From Thermoproteus tenax Kra 1 (GTDB taxonomy: Archaea; Thermoproteota; Thermoprotei; Thermoproteales; Thermoproteaceae): a stretch of 32,000 bases of DNA. The notes under the pieces were generated by a model. It was not told where the DNA came from. It was given only the letters and a program-made list of their open reading frames with translations, and ran no database searches. The stretch covers positions 1,350,001 to 1,382,000 of the forward strand of contig NC_016070.1 of the NCBI RefSeq assembly GCF_000253055.1, written 5' to 3'. The first letter of the stretch is position 1, and each line of letters opens with the position of its first letter. This document shows, piece after piece, positions 16,265 to 24,773 of the stretch. A program made the position numbers and the translations under genes.

Positions 16265-16935
16265 TGAAGATAATAGCAGAGCTGCCTCCATCGGCGTCTC
16301 GGGAAACGCTGGCTCGTAGAGTTTCCCTCGTCCTTAACTATACAGATATTGTCGATATACCAGACTCGCCTGGAGGGAGGCCGTCGGCTCACGCGATCGC
16401 GGTGGCGTATATAGCTAAGAACATGGGCGCCTCCCCTATAACGCACATGCGCATAAGAGACATCAACTTGCTGGCCTACAAGTCCCTCCTGGGGGCCGCG
16501 AGACTCTTCGAGCTAAGGGACATAGTCGTATTAACAGGCGATCCGCCAACGGTAGGCAGCCCAGTGGATCAGTTGACCACCGAGGAGGCTGTAAGAATAG
16601 GCAAGGAGTACGGCTTTAGAGTCGGGGCTTTGTTGAGCATGCGTAGAAACTACAGTGAAAGGCTTAAGATGGGCGCCGACTTCTACTTGGTGTTAAACTT
16701 AGCTGATCCTAAGAGCATGGAGACTTTGAGAGGAGTCGCCGCATATCCCTACGTCATGATAAGGACCGAAAAGAACTCACAGCTCTTAGCCAGGCTGGGT
16801 CAACCGTCAGTGACGTTGGATCAACTCCTTCGTTATGTTGAGGAGCTAGAGCCGTTCGCGGAGGCAATAGTGGCCTCCGCTCCAGGCGACTTCGAGGCCG
16901 AGCTCAGGGCGTTGGACCTTTTGACCAAACGCTGA
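16264..16935 (+). CDS. Hypothetical protein with weak resemblance to the MetF/methylenetetrahydrofolate-reductase TIM barrel
   Basis: 223 aa. The pattern IAELPP...VDIPDSPGG...ITHMRIRD.N...DIVVLTGDPP resembles the MTHFR family by eye only. Its ATG overlaps the atpI stop (TAATG). Confidence 0.4.
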   Translation: MKIIAELPPSASRETLARRVSLVLNYTDIVDIPDSPGGRPSAHAIAVAYIAKNMGASPITHMRIRDINLLAYKSLLGAARLFELRDIVVLTGDPPTVGSPVDQLTTEEAVRIGKEYGFRVGALLSMRRNYSERLKMGADFYLVLNLADPKSMETLRGVAAYPYVMIRTEKNSQLLARLGQPSVTLDQLLRYVEELEPFAEAIVASAPGDFEAELRALDLLTKR

Positions 16936-17167
16936 GGCACCTATCGCCAAGGAGTCTGACGTCTCTGTAGCCAATTATGTCCTTGCCCCGTACTATTTTA
17001 TATGTACCGAGCAACAGAAAGTCGCAGGGCGCCTTAGGCACGATGGCTGTCCGCCCGTCTCTCCATATATATAAAGCGTTCCGGCTCTCGCCAACCACCA
17101 AGCCCTCAGTCTTGTGTGCACAGTTTATCGTCTTTACCTTTTCTCCGAGCAGATCTATACAGTTCAC
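16904..17167 (-). CDS. rnp1: RNase P protein component 1 (Rpp29/Pop4)
   Basis: LLGEKVKTINCAHK.EGLVVGESRNALYI....IVPK matches the Sm-like core of Rpp29. It has the canonical position right after L29, and the two genes overlap by 4 nt. Confidence 0.7.
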   Translation of the reverse strand: MNCIDLLGEKVKTINCAHKTEGLVVGESRNALYIWRDGRTAIVPKAPCDFLLLGTYKIVRGKDIIGYRDVRLLGDRCLSVWSKGPTP

Positions 17168-17373
17168 TTCGCAGACTCTCTCTCGATGGTGAGAATTCTG
17201 GCGATAGCTCTTCTTATATATCTAATTCTGCCAGAGTTCTCCACAATGCCCCTAGCTCTCTGAGTCTGAAGCTTGATGTACTCCGCCCTTAGTTGGTCCA
17301 AAAGCTTTAGCCTCTCCTCTCTGGCCATCTGTCTCAGAGTCTTCGCGTTGAGCTTCTTGGGCGTAGACGACAT
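17164..17373 (-). CDS. rpl29: Ribosomal protein uL29
   Basis: 69 aa. Contains LRQMAREERLKLLDQLRAEYIKL...RIRYIRRAIARILT. Confidence 0.85.
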   Translation of the reverse strand: MSSTPKKLNAKTLRQMAREERLKLLDQLRAEYIKLQTQRARGIVENSGRIRYIRRAIARILTIERESAK

Positions 17374-17402
17374 GAGGATGCGTTATGATGCCCTTTAAAA
17401 GC

Positions 17403-18053
17403 TTAGCTCTGTTGAGTCTCTTGTTTGACCGGCGGCTTGATCTTGAAGTCATCGGCGAATTTAGCGTTAGCAGGCGCGATCGCTATTCTAATGCCGTATA
17501 TGCCAGGCTTCAAGAGCACGTGGACCGCCGCCCTTCTCACCGTTTTCATTGAGTCGTTGCCGGACTTATACACCTTGCCCACCTTGTACTTCTCGAACTT
17601 GGCCCTCTCAGTGGAGAGCTTGCCGCTTATAACCAATTCAAAACCCCTGGCTCCGGCCTCTGTGACTTGCCTCACGGCGACGAACGCCACTCTGCGGAAT
17701 CTGATGCCCTTAGCCATCGCGTTCGCTATTCTATACGCTATCACCTTGGGGAACATCTCGGGGACGTCTACCTTAGATATGTCGATCACGTCTATCTGTG
17801 GATTGTCGACCCCCATCTTGGCGCTGAGTATCTGGCTGAGCTCTTTCACTACAGCGCCCTTCTTGCCGATAATTCTACTGGGCCTCTCGGCGTAGATCAC
17901 TATTCTAGTTCCCAACGGCGTCTTCAAAACTTCCGAATATATATAGCCGAGACGCGCCAGCTTGTACTCTAGGAATTCTTTTATCATCCACCGTTTTACG
18001 TTATCTTGGAGTATCTTCTTATAGACCGCCAATCTCCTCCCCTGTTGTGCCAC
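17403..18053 (-). CDS. rps3: Ribosomal protein uS3
   Basis: Has the KH-domain pattern RIVIYAERPSRIIGKKGAVVKEL. GTG start with TTTTTTAAAC about 25-30 nt upstream. Confidence 0.9.
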   Translation of the reverse strand: MAQQGRRLAVYKKILQDNVKRWMIKEFLEYKLARLGYIYSEVLKTPLGTRIVIYAERPSRIIGKKGAVVKELSQILSAKMGVDNPQIDVIDISKVDVPEMFPKVIAYRIANAMAKGIRFRRVAFVAVRQVTEAGARGFELVISGKLSTERAKFEKYKVGKVYKSGNDSMKTVRRAAVHVLLKPGIYGIRIAIAPANAKFADDFKIKPPVKQETQQS

Positions 18054-18101
18054 GTAGCCTCTGCGAAAGGTCTGTTTAAAAAAGTTCTCTCAATGCTAGG
18101 C

Positions 18102-18150
18102 GTGATGAAGACTCCAATTAGGCTGGGCTTGCCGAATTACCCCTTGCTGA
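18102..18150 (+). ncRNA. Weak C/D box sRNA candidate
   Basis: C box GUGAUGA (18102-18108) and D box CUGA (18147-18150) are 49 nt end to end. The internal boxes are degenerate (CUGG, UGCCGAA). It lies in the hemB-rps3 spacer, with TTTAAAAAA about 20-28 nt upstream. Confidence 0.2.
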
Positions 18151-19179
18151 TCAAAACGGTGTGCCCTCTTTGAGCCAAAGGGCTACATCCCTAGCGTAGT
18201 ATGTAAGTATCAAGTCGGCGCCAGCCCGCCTTATCGCATAGAGAGTCTCCAAAGCGATAAGCCTTTCGTCGAGATAGCCCGCCCGCGCAGCAGCCTTTAT
18301 CATAGAGTACTCGCCCGAGACGCTATACGCCGCCACAGGCGCCCACGGGAAGGTCTCTTTCACTAGCCTTATGACGTCGAGATATGCTAATGCGGGTTTC
18401 ACCATGACTATGTCAGCCCCCTCGGCGAGATCCAACATGACCTCCTTTACGGCCTCCTTAGCGTTTCTCGGGTCCATCTGATAAGTCCTTCTGTCGCCGA
18501 ACTTAGGAGCCGACGCGGCGGCCGTTCTGAACGGCCCATAAAACGCAGAGGCGTATTTAGCTGAGTATGCCATTATGCCAACGTCAGTATAGCCCGCCGA
18601 ATCCAGCGTTTGTCTGATCGCTCTGACCTGGCCGTCCATCATCCCGCTTGGCGCTACAAAGTCGGCACCGGCCTCTGCATAAGTGACAGCCTCCTTTGCA
18701 TATATTGAGATAGTCTTATCGTTGTCTATTTTCCAACCCTTCTTATCGTAGACGACGATTCCGCAGTGGCCGTGGTCTGTATACTCGCACAGACACACAT
18801 CGGCGAAGAGCAATACTCTGTCGCCGAAAGTCTCTTTCAATAACCTCAGCGCCTTAGGCACTACTCCCTCCGGGTCGTAACCGGCTCTGCCCTCGGGGTC
18901 TTTGATGTCATCCGGCAGAACTCCGAAGAGTATGAACTTATTCACACCTAAATTGAGCGCCTCCTCAACGTGTTTCACTAGCTCGGAGCCCACAGGCCAT
19001 CTGAAGTAGCCCGGCATGGACTCTATGTGCTCGATGGAGGAACCCTCTTTGACAAATATGGGCATTATTAGATCGTCGGGAGATAGAGAGGTCTCCGCCA
19101 CGGCATCTCTTATAAGCTTGTTGGCGCGCAACCTTCTGGGCCTCACGCTAGGATACGCCAAATTTAACAGCATGCCCAC
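18151..19179 (-). CDS. hemB: Porphobilinogen synthase (ALA dehydratase)
   Basis: 342 aa. Has the Zn site CLCEYTDHGHCG, active-site Lys contexts and a typical C-terminus. Confidence 0.93.
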   Translation of the reverse strand: MGMLLNLAYPSVRPRRLRANKLIRDAVAETSLSPDDLIMPIFVKEGSSIEHIESMPGYFRWPVGSELVKHVEEALNLGVNKFILFGVLPDDIKDPEGRAGYDPEGVVPKALRLLKETFGDRVLLFADVCLCEYTDHGHCGIVVYDKKGWKIDNDKTISIYAKEAVTYAEAGADFVAPSGMMDGQVRAIRQTLDSAGYTDVGIMAYSAKYASAFYGPFRTAAASAPKFGDRRTYQMDPRNAKEAVKEVMLDLAEGADIVMVKPALAYLDVIRLVKETFPWAPVAAYSVSGEYSMIKAAARAGYLDERLIALETLYAIRRAGADLILTYYARDVALWLKEGTPF

Positions 19180-19811
19180 TAGCCTGCGTACTTCTTTAAT
19201 ATCTCTCTCGCCCTATAGATCGCCTTGTCGAGGTCTCCGTCTCTCACGTAGCCCATAAACAGTTCGTCCTCAACAAGCTCTTGATAGAACGCCAGACGCT
19301 TTTTGGCCTCTGCAATGCTCCTCTTGGCCTCAGCCTTCGCCGTAGAATACGCCTTAAAGAACGTCGGGATCCAACTTTTAGCTAGGCAGTCCTCAATTAC
19401 GTCTAGAGCCAGCCTGGCCGGAGTACCGGCTGCTCCCTCGCTCGTCGTGGCCACCCTCACTCCGCCTATATCTCTGAAATAGGGGACCACGACGTGGGTC
19501 CTCTCAGCGTTAGTCGCATCGTTGACGAGCTTGCCTGCTCTACTCGCCCTCTCGTACAAGTCCGATGCTATGCGTTGGTCGTTGACGGCTATCACAATGA
19601 GATCGGCCCATCTTATGAGCCTATCAACATCGCTTCTTGTTAGATCGACGACTAGTATATCGTAAGGCCCCCTCTCCTTGAAATCTAACGCCGCCACTAG
19701 CACTTGGGCTCCGGAGTTTGCGAAGAGCCTGGCCCTTCTAAGGCCGACTGAGCCGCCGCCGAATATCAATACCCTCAGTCTGGATGCATCGATCCACAGC
19801 GGGATTCTCAT
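19179..19811 (-). CDS. sirC: Precorrin-2 dehydrogenase / sirohydrochlorin ferrochelatase (CysG N-terminal / Met8 / SirC-like)
   Basis: Has the Rossmann motif LRVLIFGGGSVGLRRARL. I place the start at the ATG at 19811 (MRIPLW), which forms an ATGA overlap with the hemD stop. The longer ORF up to 19958 lies inside hemD. Confidence 0.72.
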   Translation of the reverse strand: MRIPLWIDASRLRVLIFGGGSVGLRRARLFANSGAQVLVAALDFKERGPYDILVVDLTRSDVDRLIRWADLIVIAVNDQRIASDLYERASRAGKLVNDATNAERTHVVVPYFRDIGGVRVATTSEGAAGTPARLALDVIEDCLAKSWIPTFFKAYSTAKAEAKRSIAEAKKRLAFYQELVEDELFMGYVRDGDLDKAIYRAREILKKYAG

Positions 19812-20449
19812 GGTCTCAATGCATTTGCGAACTCCACAGCGTCTTTTATGAGTGGAACCGGAGACACATAGTGGGACACACCGAGTTCTCTTAAACGCTC
19901 TGATGTGGCCTGCCCTATGGCGACCACAAGCCTTTTGTTCAAAAGCCCGTGGCTCCATGCTATCTCCGCGACATAGCTGCTGGCCACGACTACTACATCT
20001 GCGTCGATATTTCTCGCCGTTGCGATCCCATCGGGATCCTCCTCGAGGTCATATACGGGCACTTCCACTACGTTGGGCACAGAGCTTCGAAGTATACTAT
20101 TGCCCTTCGCCGATCTCAAGACTATAACTCTCCCCGGCCTTAAAGACCTTAGTAGTTCCACCAGGCCGTAGCTGTCGTACCGCCTTGGAACTATACATCT
20201 CTCTCCCACAGCAGCAGCTGTGGACGGGCCTACACATATAATGCACTTAAATCTCGCCGAAATCTTCCGAATATCGACAAGGTCCGCCACGGCTGCGCTC
20301 ATCACCACTAAATATTCTCCATCCGGTATATTGATGGCGGACATGGGCTTGATCTTGGCCACTTTGACGCAGACGGCGTTGGGCGGACATGGGCCATCCT
20401 TGGCTCTTAAGACTAACACAACCCTTTTGCCGCTATCAACTGCCGACAT
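19808..20449 (-). CDS. hemD: Uroporphyrinogen-III synthase
   Basis: 213 aa. Two half-domains with VGPSTAAAV and AIGQATSERLRELG. It lies between cobA and sirC, overlapping both. Confidence 0.65.
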   Translation of the reverse strand: MSAVDSGKRVVLVLRAKDGPCPPNAVCVKVAKIKPMSAINIPDGEYLVVMSAAVADLVDIRKISARFKCIICVGPSTAAAVGERCIVPRRYDSYGLVELLRSLRPGRVIVLRSAKGNSILRSSVPNVVEVPVYDLEEDPDGIATARNIDADVVVVASSYVAEIAWSHGLLNKRLVVAIGQATSERLRELGVSHYVSPVPLIKDAVEFANALRP

Positions 20450-21176
20450 ATTTACGCAACAGCTCGCGAAGCCTCAGCCCCTCCTCCACAACGTTTCCTA
20501 CGACTATGATGCTGGGGCTCTCGACCGCCCTCAGCTCTGATAGCCTCAATACAGTGAACTTCTCCCCCTCCATGTAGGCCCTAGTTATAACGGCGACCGG
20601 CATATCAGAGGGGATACCTCCCGCCAGAAGCTCGCCAGCTATACGGTCCGCGTTGGATGCGCCCATGTAGATTATTATTGTGTCCACAGCTCTCGCAAGT
20701 GCCTTGAAGTCAACAAAGCGTCTTCCCTTAGTGGGATCCTCCTTGCCTGTCACTAACGCTACAGAGCTCGCCTTACCTCTCAACACGGGCGGTATTAGGT
20801 ATTTGGCAGGCGCAGCGAGGCCGGACGTAACGCCGGGCACTATCTCGCATTCTACTCCGCGCTCTACAAGGTAGGCGCATTCCTCAAAGCCTCTGCCGAA
20901 GATAAACGGATCACCTCCATGTAAACGGACTACGCTCTCGTACTGAGTGGCGCACTTTAATAACATTTCGTTTATCTCCCTCTGGGCGGGTCCCCTATTG
21001 CCTGGCTCTTTGCCCACGTAGACTAGCTTAGCGCCGTCCTTTACCTCCTTGAGGAGCTCTCTCGCCACAAGCCTATCATAAAGAACGCAGTCGGCCGTTC
21101 TGAGGGCCCTCAGCCCCTTCACTGTTATCAGCTCCGGGTCTCCAGGTCCCGCGCCTACTATGATCACACGGCCCAC
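20436..21176 (-). CDS. cobA: Uroporphyrin-III C-methyltransferase (SUMT)
   Basis: VIIVGAGPGDPELITVKGLRALRTADCVLYDRLV and GGDPFIFGRG are present. GTG start. Confidence 0.9.
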   Translation of the reverse strand: MGRVIIVGAGPGDPELITVKGLRALRTADCVLYDRLVARELLKEVKDGAKLVYVGKEPGNRGPAQREINEMLLKCATQYESVVRLHGGDPFIFGRGFEECAYLVERGVECEIVPGVTSGLAAPAKYLIPPVLRGKASSVALVTGKEDPTKGRRFVDFKALARAVDTIIIYMGASNADRIAGELLAGGIPSDMPVAVITRAYMEGEKFTVLRLSELRAVESPSIIVVGNVVEEGLRLRELLRKYVGS

Positions 21177-21210
21177 TTTGTACTTATAGGAGGTGAATTA
21201 ATTTCTTGAT
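21177..21210. promoter_or_regulatory. 34-bp bidirectional promoter between cobA and hemL
   Basis: ACTTATAGG lies about 21-29 nt before the hemL ATG. AAATTAATTC (minus strand) lies about 20-29 nt before the cobA GTG. Confidence 0.45.
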
Positions 21211-22485
21211 ATGCTCTGGGATAGGGCTAGGGCGATATTCCCAGGCGGCGTCAACTCGCCGGCAAGAGCATTACGACATCTTCAGAGTCCTCTGATCGCT
21301 GAGAGAGGCGAGGGGGCCTATCTATACACAGACAGAGGCAAGCTAGTGGATTTCTGTATGGGCTTTGGCCCACTTATTCTCGGCCATAGGCCCAAACCGG
21401 TGCTAGACGCCGTGAAGGCTTGGCTCGAGAGAGGCTGGCTCTACGCCATGCTTACAGAGCCGGAGGTGGAGCTGGGAGAGACAATAATAAGACATGTGCC
21501 GTCTGTGAAGAAGATTCGCTTTGTTAGCACTGGCACCGAGGCCACCATGAACGCCGTTAGACTGGCCCGAGGTTATACAAAGAGAGATGTTATCATTAAG
21601 TTCGAGGGAAACTTCCACGGCTCGCACGACTACGTGTTGGTCAAGGCCGGCTCAGGCGCCGCAACGTGGGGCATACCGACCAGCGCAGGTATACCGGCCG
21701 ATGTAGCCAAACTGACGGTGGTAGTCCCGTACAACGACGTCGAAGCATTCCGCAAGGCAATTAGAGAGGTCGGAGACAGATTGGCCGCAGTCATAGTGGA
21801 GCCTGTCGCGGGAAACTACGGGCTCATAATACCAGACATAGACTTCCTGAAAACGTTAAGAGAGGAGACAGAAAGAGTGGGAGCCCTCCTTATATTCGAT
21901 GAGGTGATCACTGGCTTTAGACTCGGGCTGTCGGGCGCCCAAGGCCGTTTCGGCGTGATTCCCGACATCACGACGCTCGGCAAGATCATAGGGGGCGGAT
22001 TCCCCATAGGAGCCTTCGGTGGTCGCCAGGAGGTGATGGACCTTGTAGCGCCCAGCGGTCCTGTGTACAATGCTGGCACGTTCAATGCACACCCTGTGTC
22101 CATGGTAGCGGGTTTGGCAACTTTAAGGGAGCTGGAGCGAGGGTATCCCTACGAGGTCGCCGATAGAGCGGCCGAAAAGATGGCCAGAGGCCTTGAGGAC
22201 CTGGCTGGCCGCTACGGGTTTGACGTTGTAGTGAAAAGAATAAGCTCTATGTTCCAGCTGTACTTTAAGAGGGGCGATGTCAAAACGCCCCAAGACGTTA
22301 GAGAGAGCAACGAGAAATTATACCTGAAATTGCACGAGATCGCTCTAAGCCACGGCGTCTATCTGACTCCAAGCCAGTATGAAGTCAACTTCACGTCGTC
22401 GATGCACACAGACGAGGTAGTCAACGAGGCTCTGCAGGCGTTGGAGTTAGCCTTTAGGAAGTTGAAGCTTGTGGGATCTTCATAA
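21211..22485 (+). CDS. hemL: Glutamate-1-semialdehyde 2,1-aminomutase
   Basis: 424 aa with a class-III aminotransferase pattern. FDEVITGFR is present, and the PLP-binding Lys lies in TLGKIIGGG. Confidence 0.93.
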   Translation: MLWDRARAIFPGGVNSPARALRHLQSPLIAERGEGAYLYTDRGKLVDFCMGFGPLILGHRPKPVLDAVKAWLERGWLYAMLTEPEVELGETIIRHVPSVKKIRFVSTGTEATMNAVRLARGYTKRDVIIKFEGNFHGSHDYVLVKAGSGAATWGIPTSAGIPADVAKLTVVVPYNDVEAFRKAIREVGDRLAAVIVEPVAGNYGLIIPDIDFLKTLREETERVGALLIFDEVITGFRLGLSGAQGRFGVIPDITTLGKIIGGGFPIGAFGGRQEVMDLVAPSGPVYNAGTFNAHPVSMVAGLATLRELERGYPYEVADRAAEKMARGLEDLAGRYGFDVVVKRISSMFQLYFKRGDVKTPQDVRESNEKLYLKLHEIALSHGVYLTPSQYEVNFTSSMHTDEVVNEALQALELAFRKLKLVGSS

Positions 22486-23671
22486 GCCTCTTTGCGTCAT
22501 TCAATATCTGCATCACAGTCTCAATGTTTCCACTTTCAGCATGTTTTTTTAACGCCTCAATTAGGGGCAAGACGGCCCTCTTTGCGGCCGAGTTGGCCGC
22601 AAGCGAGGCGTTGGCTCCCGCCCTCCGGCCCTCCTCTTGCGATATAAGAGCAACGAGCCTCATGTACTCTCCAAGCTCTATCTCGACGGCCCTTCTAGCT
22701 AGAGCCCTCTCGATGTTCTCCACCTCTTCCAACGCCATAGCCTTCACTTTCTGAATCTCTTGAAGTCTTTCAGAATTGTATCTATCTGCAATCGGCTTAA
22801 GGTCGTCCAATCTAACTACTTTAACGGGCAGATTGTTGGAGACGTTCATTGGAACTCCAAGATCTACTATGAGCCTTACCTTGTGATTAGGCGGCACCTC
22901 CTTGATTATAGGCTCGAACGATGTGGCTGTCGCAAAGACTACGTCGCATTTCTTCAGGCACTCATCTATGCTTTCCCTGTTCAGCGGCATTGCGGTAGCG
23001 CCTATCCTTTCGGCGATCTCCTTCGCCTTTTCGAAAGTACGATTCAATATATATATCCGCCTAGCCCCCTCGTCTTTGAGCTCCTTGGCGAGGCCTTGTC
23101 CGACGGATCCGGCGCCTATTATCCCAATAGATAGGTTTGATAAATCGCCCATAGTTTCCTTTACATATATTATAGATAGGCTACCGAGGCCCCTCGGTCC
23201 CCGAGATATGTTTGTGTTCGTCCTAACCATCTTACCGAACCTTATTGCTCTCTCGACAACTACCTTTAGCAGATCCCTTGTTACATGAGACTTGACTTGG
23301 CTATCGAAGGCTTCTTCCATCTGGCCCAATATGTCGGTCTCGCCGATCAACATTGAGTCAAGGCCTGCAGCGACCTCCAAAAGGTGTAGCGCGGCCTCCG
23401 TGCCTCTCCTGACTACAACTCGGTCTGCGTATCCTCCGTACCGCGAGAGCACTGCGTGCACTATTGGCTGGGGCACGTCCCACGCATAAACCTCAACTCT
23501 ATTGCACGTGTGAAGTACGTATAATGGTATAGGGAAGTACGGAGCAACGCCGAGCATCTCCATCACGCTTCTGCCAAGCTCGCCCAACTTTTCCGTAGGC
23601 ACCTCGCGAAAAGTTATGGAGGCCGAGAACAGCTTCTCCAAAAGAGGCATATTGAGTTGATTTAGCTCCAT
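22454..23671 (-). CDS. hemA: Glutamyl-tRNA reductase
   Basis: Has the catalytic HTCNRVEVY and the NADPH site IGAGSVG. The true start may be Met8 (23650), given the TATA spacing. Confidence 0.9.
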   Translation of the reverse strand: MELNQLNMPLLEKLFSASITFREVPTEKLGELGRSVMEMLGVAPYFPIPLYVLHTCNRVEVYAWDVPQPIVHAVLSRYGGYADRVVVRRGTEAALHLLEVAAGLDSMLIGETDILGQMEEAFDSQVKSHVTRDLLKVVVERAIRFGKMVRTNTNISRGPRGLGSLSIIYVKETMGDLSNLSIGIIGAGSVGQGLAKELKDEGARRIYILNRTFEKAKEIAERIGATAMPLNRESIDECLKKCDVVFATATSFEPIIKEVPPNHKVRLIVDLGVPMNVSNNLPVKVVRLDDLKPIADRYNSERLQEIQKVKAMALEEVENIERALARRAVEIELGEYMRLVALISQEEGRRAGANASLAANSAAKRAVLPLIEALKKHAESGNIETVMQILNDAKRLMKIPQASTS

Positions 23672-23686
23672 TTAAATGCGTTTAAA
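23671..23686. promoter_or_regulatory. Twin TTTAAA boxes in the 34-bp hemA/hemC divergent spacer
   Basis: The sequence is TTTAAATGCGTTTAAA. The second box lies 20-25 nt before the hemC GTG (23706). The boxes lie 21-36 nt before the hemA Met8 codon. Confidence 0.45.
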
Positions 23687-23705
23687 GCAGACAGAATGAT
23701 GTTGC

Positions 23706-24614
23706 GTGAAGATCAGAGTGGCGACTAGAGGGAGCAAACTCAGCTTGCTTCAGACCGAGATGTTCCTGATGCGAATAAAGGCTGTGGAACCGGACGTCAA
23801 GTTTGAAATAATAACTGTGAAGACGACAGGAGACCTTGTGCAGGATCGGCCATTGTATGAGATAGGGGCCAAGGGTATATTTGAAAAAGAGGTCAATATG
23901 GCATTATTGAGAGGCGATGCAGATATAGCGATCCACTCCCTCAAAGATCTGCCGTCTGTGATAAGCGACGAGCTAGTTATTGCTGGCTTCTCAGAGAGGG
24001 AGACTCCATACGATGTTTTGGCAAGCAAGTCTGGCTATAATATATACACGCTCCCGCCGGGCGCCAGAGTGGGTACCTCCAGCGTCAGGAGGGCCGCCTT
24101 CCTCAAAAGGGTAAGGCCCGACGTGAACATTGTACCATTGAGGGGAAACCTCGATACTAGGGTGGGGAAAGTATTAAACGGCGTTGTCGACGCAGCGATA
24201 CTCGCCGAGGCTGGCCTTAGGAGGCTTTACGGCGCCGGCGCGCCCCTAAATCTATACAGGATCCGGCCCGAGGTGATTCCGCCGCCGCCGGGACAGGGCA
24301 TTATCGCAGCAGTAGCCCGGCGAGATGACGTTGGTATAATTGAACTGCTAAGGAGGGCGAGCGACAGGAGGGCGGCCGTGGAGGCCGCCGCCGAGCGCGC
24401 ATTTCTTAAAGAGGTCGGGGCCGGTTGCCACACAGCAGTGGGAGGTATCGCCATTGCGGGCCCCCTCGGGATCGAGTTCCTCGCAGCCTATGCCTCTCTC
24501 GATGGCAGAAGGGCTGTGTTCGTCAGAGTGTTCGGAGAAAGCCCGGAGGAAGTGGGAACCCGCGCAGGTAGGAGGTTGAAGGAGGCGATGAGCTCGGAGG
24601 GGCTTAAAGCTTAA
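23706..24614 (+). CDS. hemC: Porphobilinogen deaminase (hydroxymethylbilane synthase)
   Basis: Starts [15 protein letters not shown] and contains HSLKDLP and [10 protein letters not shown] (the cofactor Cys). GTG start. Confidence 0.9.
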   Translation: MKIRVATRGSKLSLLQTEMFLMRIKAVEPDVKFEIITVKTTGDLVQDRPLYEIGAKGIFEKEVNMALLRGDADIAIHSLKDLPSVISDELVIAGFSERETPYDVLASKSGYNIYTLPPGARVGTSSVRRAAFLKRVRPDVNIVPLRGNLDTRVGKVLNGVVDAAILAEAGLRRLYGAGAPLNLYRIRPEVIPPPPGQGIIAAVARRDDVGIIELLRRASDRRAAVEAAAERAFLKEVGAGCHTAVGGIAIAGPLGIEFLAAYASLDGRRAVFVRVFGESPEEVGTRAGRRLKEAMSSEGLKA

Positions 24615-24637
24615 AATATCCTGTCATATAACGAGTT

Positions 24638-24725
24638 GGGCCGGTAGTCTAGCGGAAGGACGCCCAGGCTGTGCCGCGTAGGCCTTGCGCGCGGGAGATC
24701 CCGGGTTCGAATCCCGGCCGGTCCA
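24638..24725 (+). tRNA. tRNA-Ala: tRNA-Ala(UGC) with a 16-nt intron at the non-canonical position 29/30
   Basis: Manual cloverleaf: acceptor stem GGGCCGG/CCGGUCC with G3:U70, T arm CCGGG-UUCGAAU-CCCGG. Removing 24666-24681 gives the anticodon arm CCCGC-CUUGCGC-GCGGG. Discriminator is A, and CCA is not encoded. Confidence 0.85.
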
Positions 24726-24773
24726 CCTCTTTATAGACATATATTTATCAGTGCTAAGAGGTGTGTGACCAGA

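Noticed and set aside
19812-19958. The N-terminal 49-codon extension of the sirC-like ORF.
   Set aside because: It lies entirely inside hemD in another frame and has an Arg/Cys/His-rich composition. The ATG at 19811 gives the typical ATGA stop/start overlap and places the Rossmann motif near the N-terminus.
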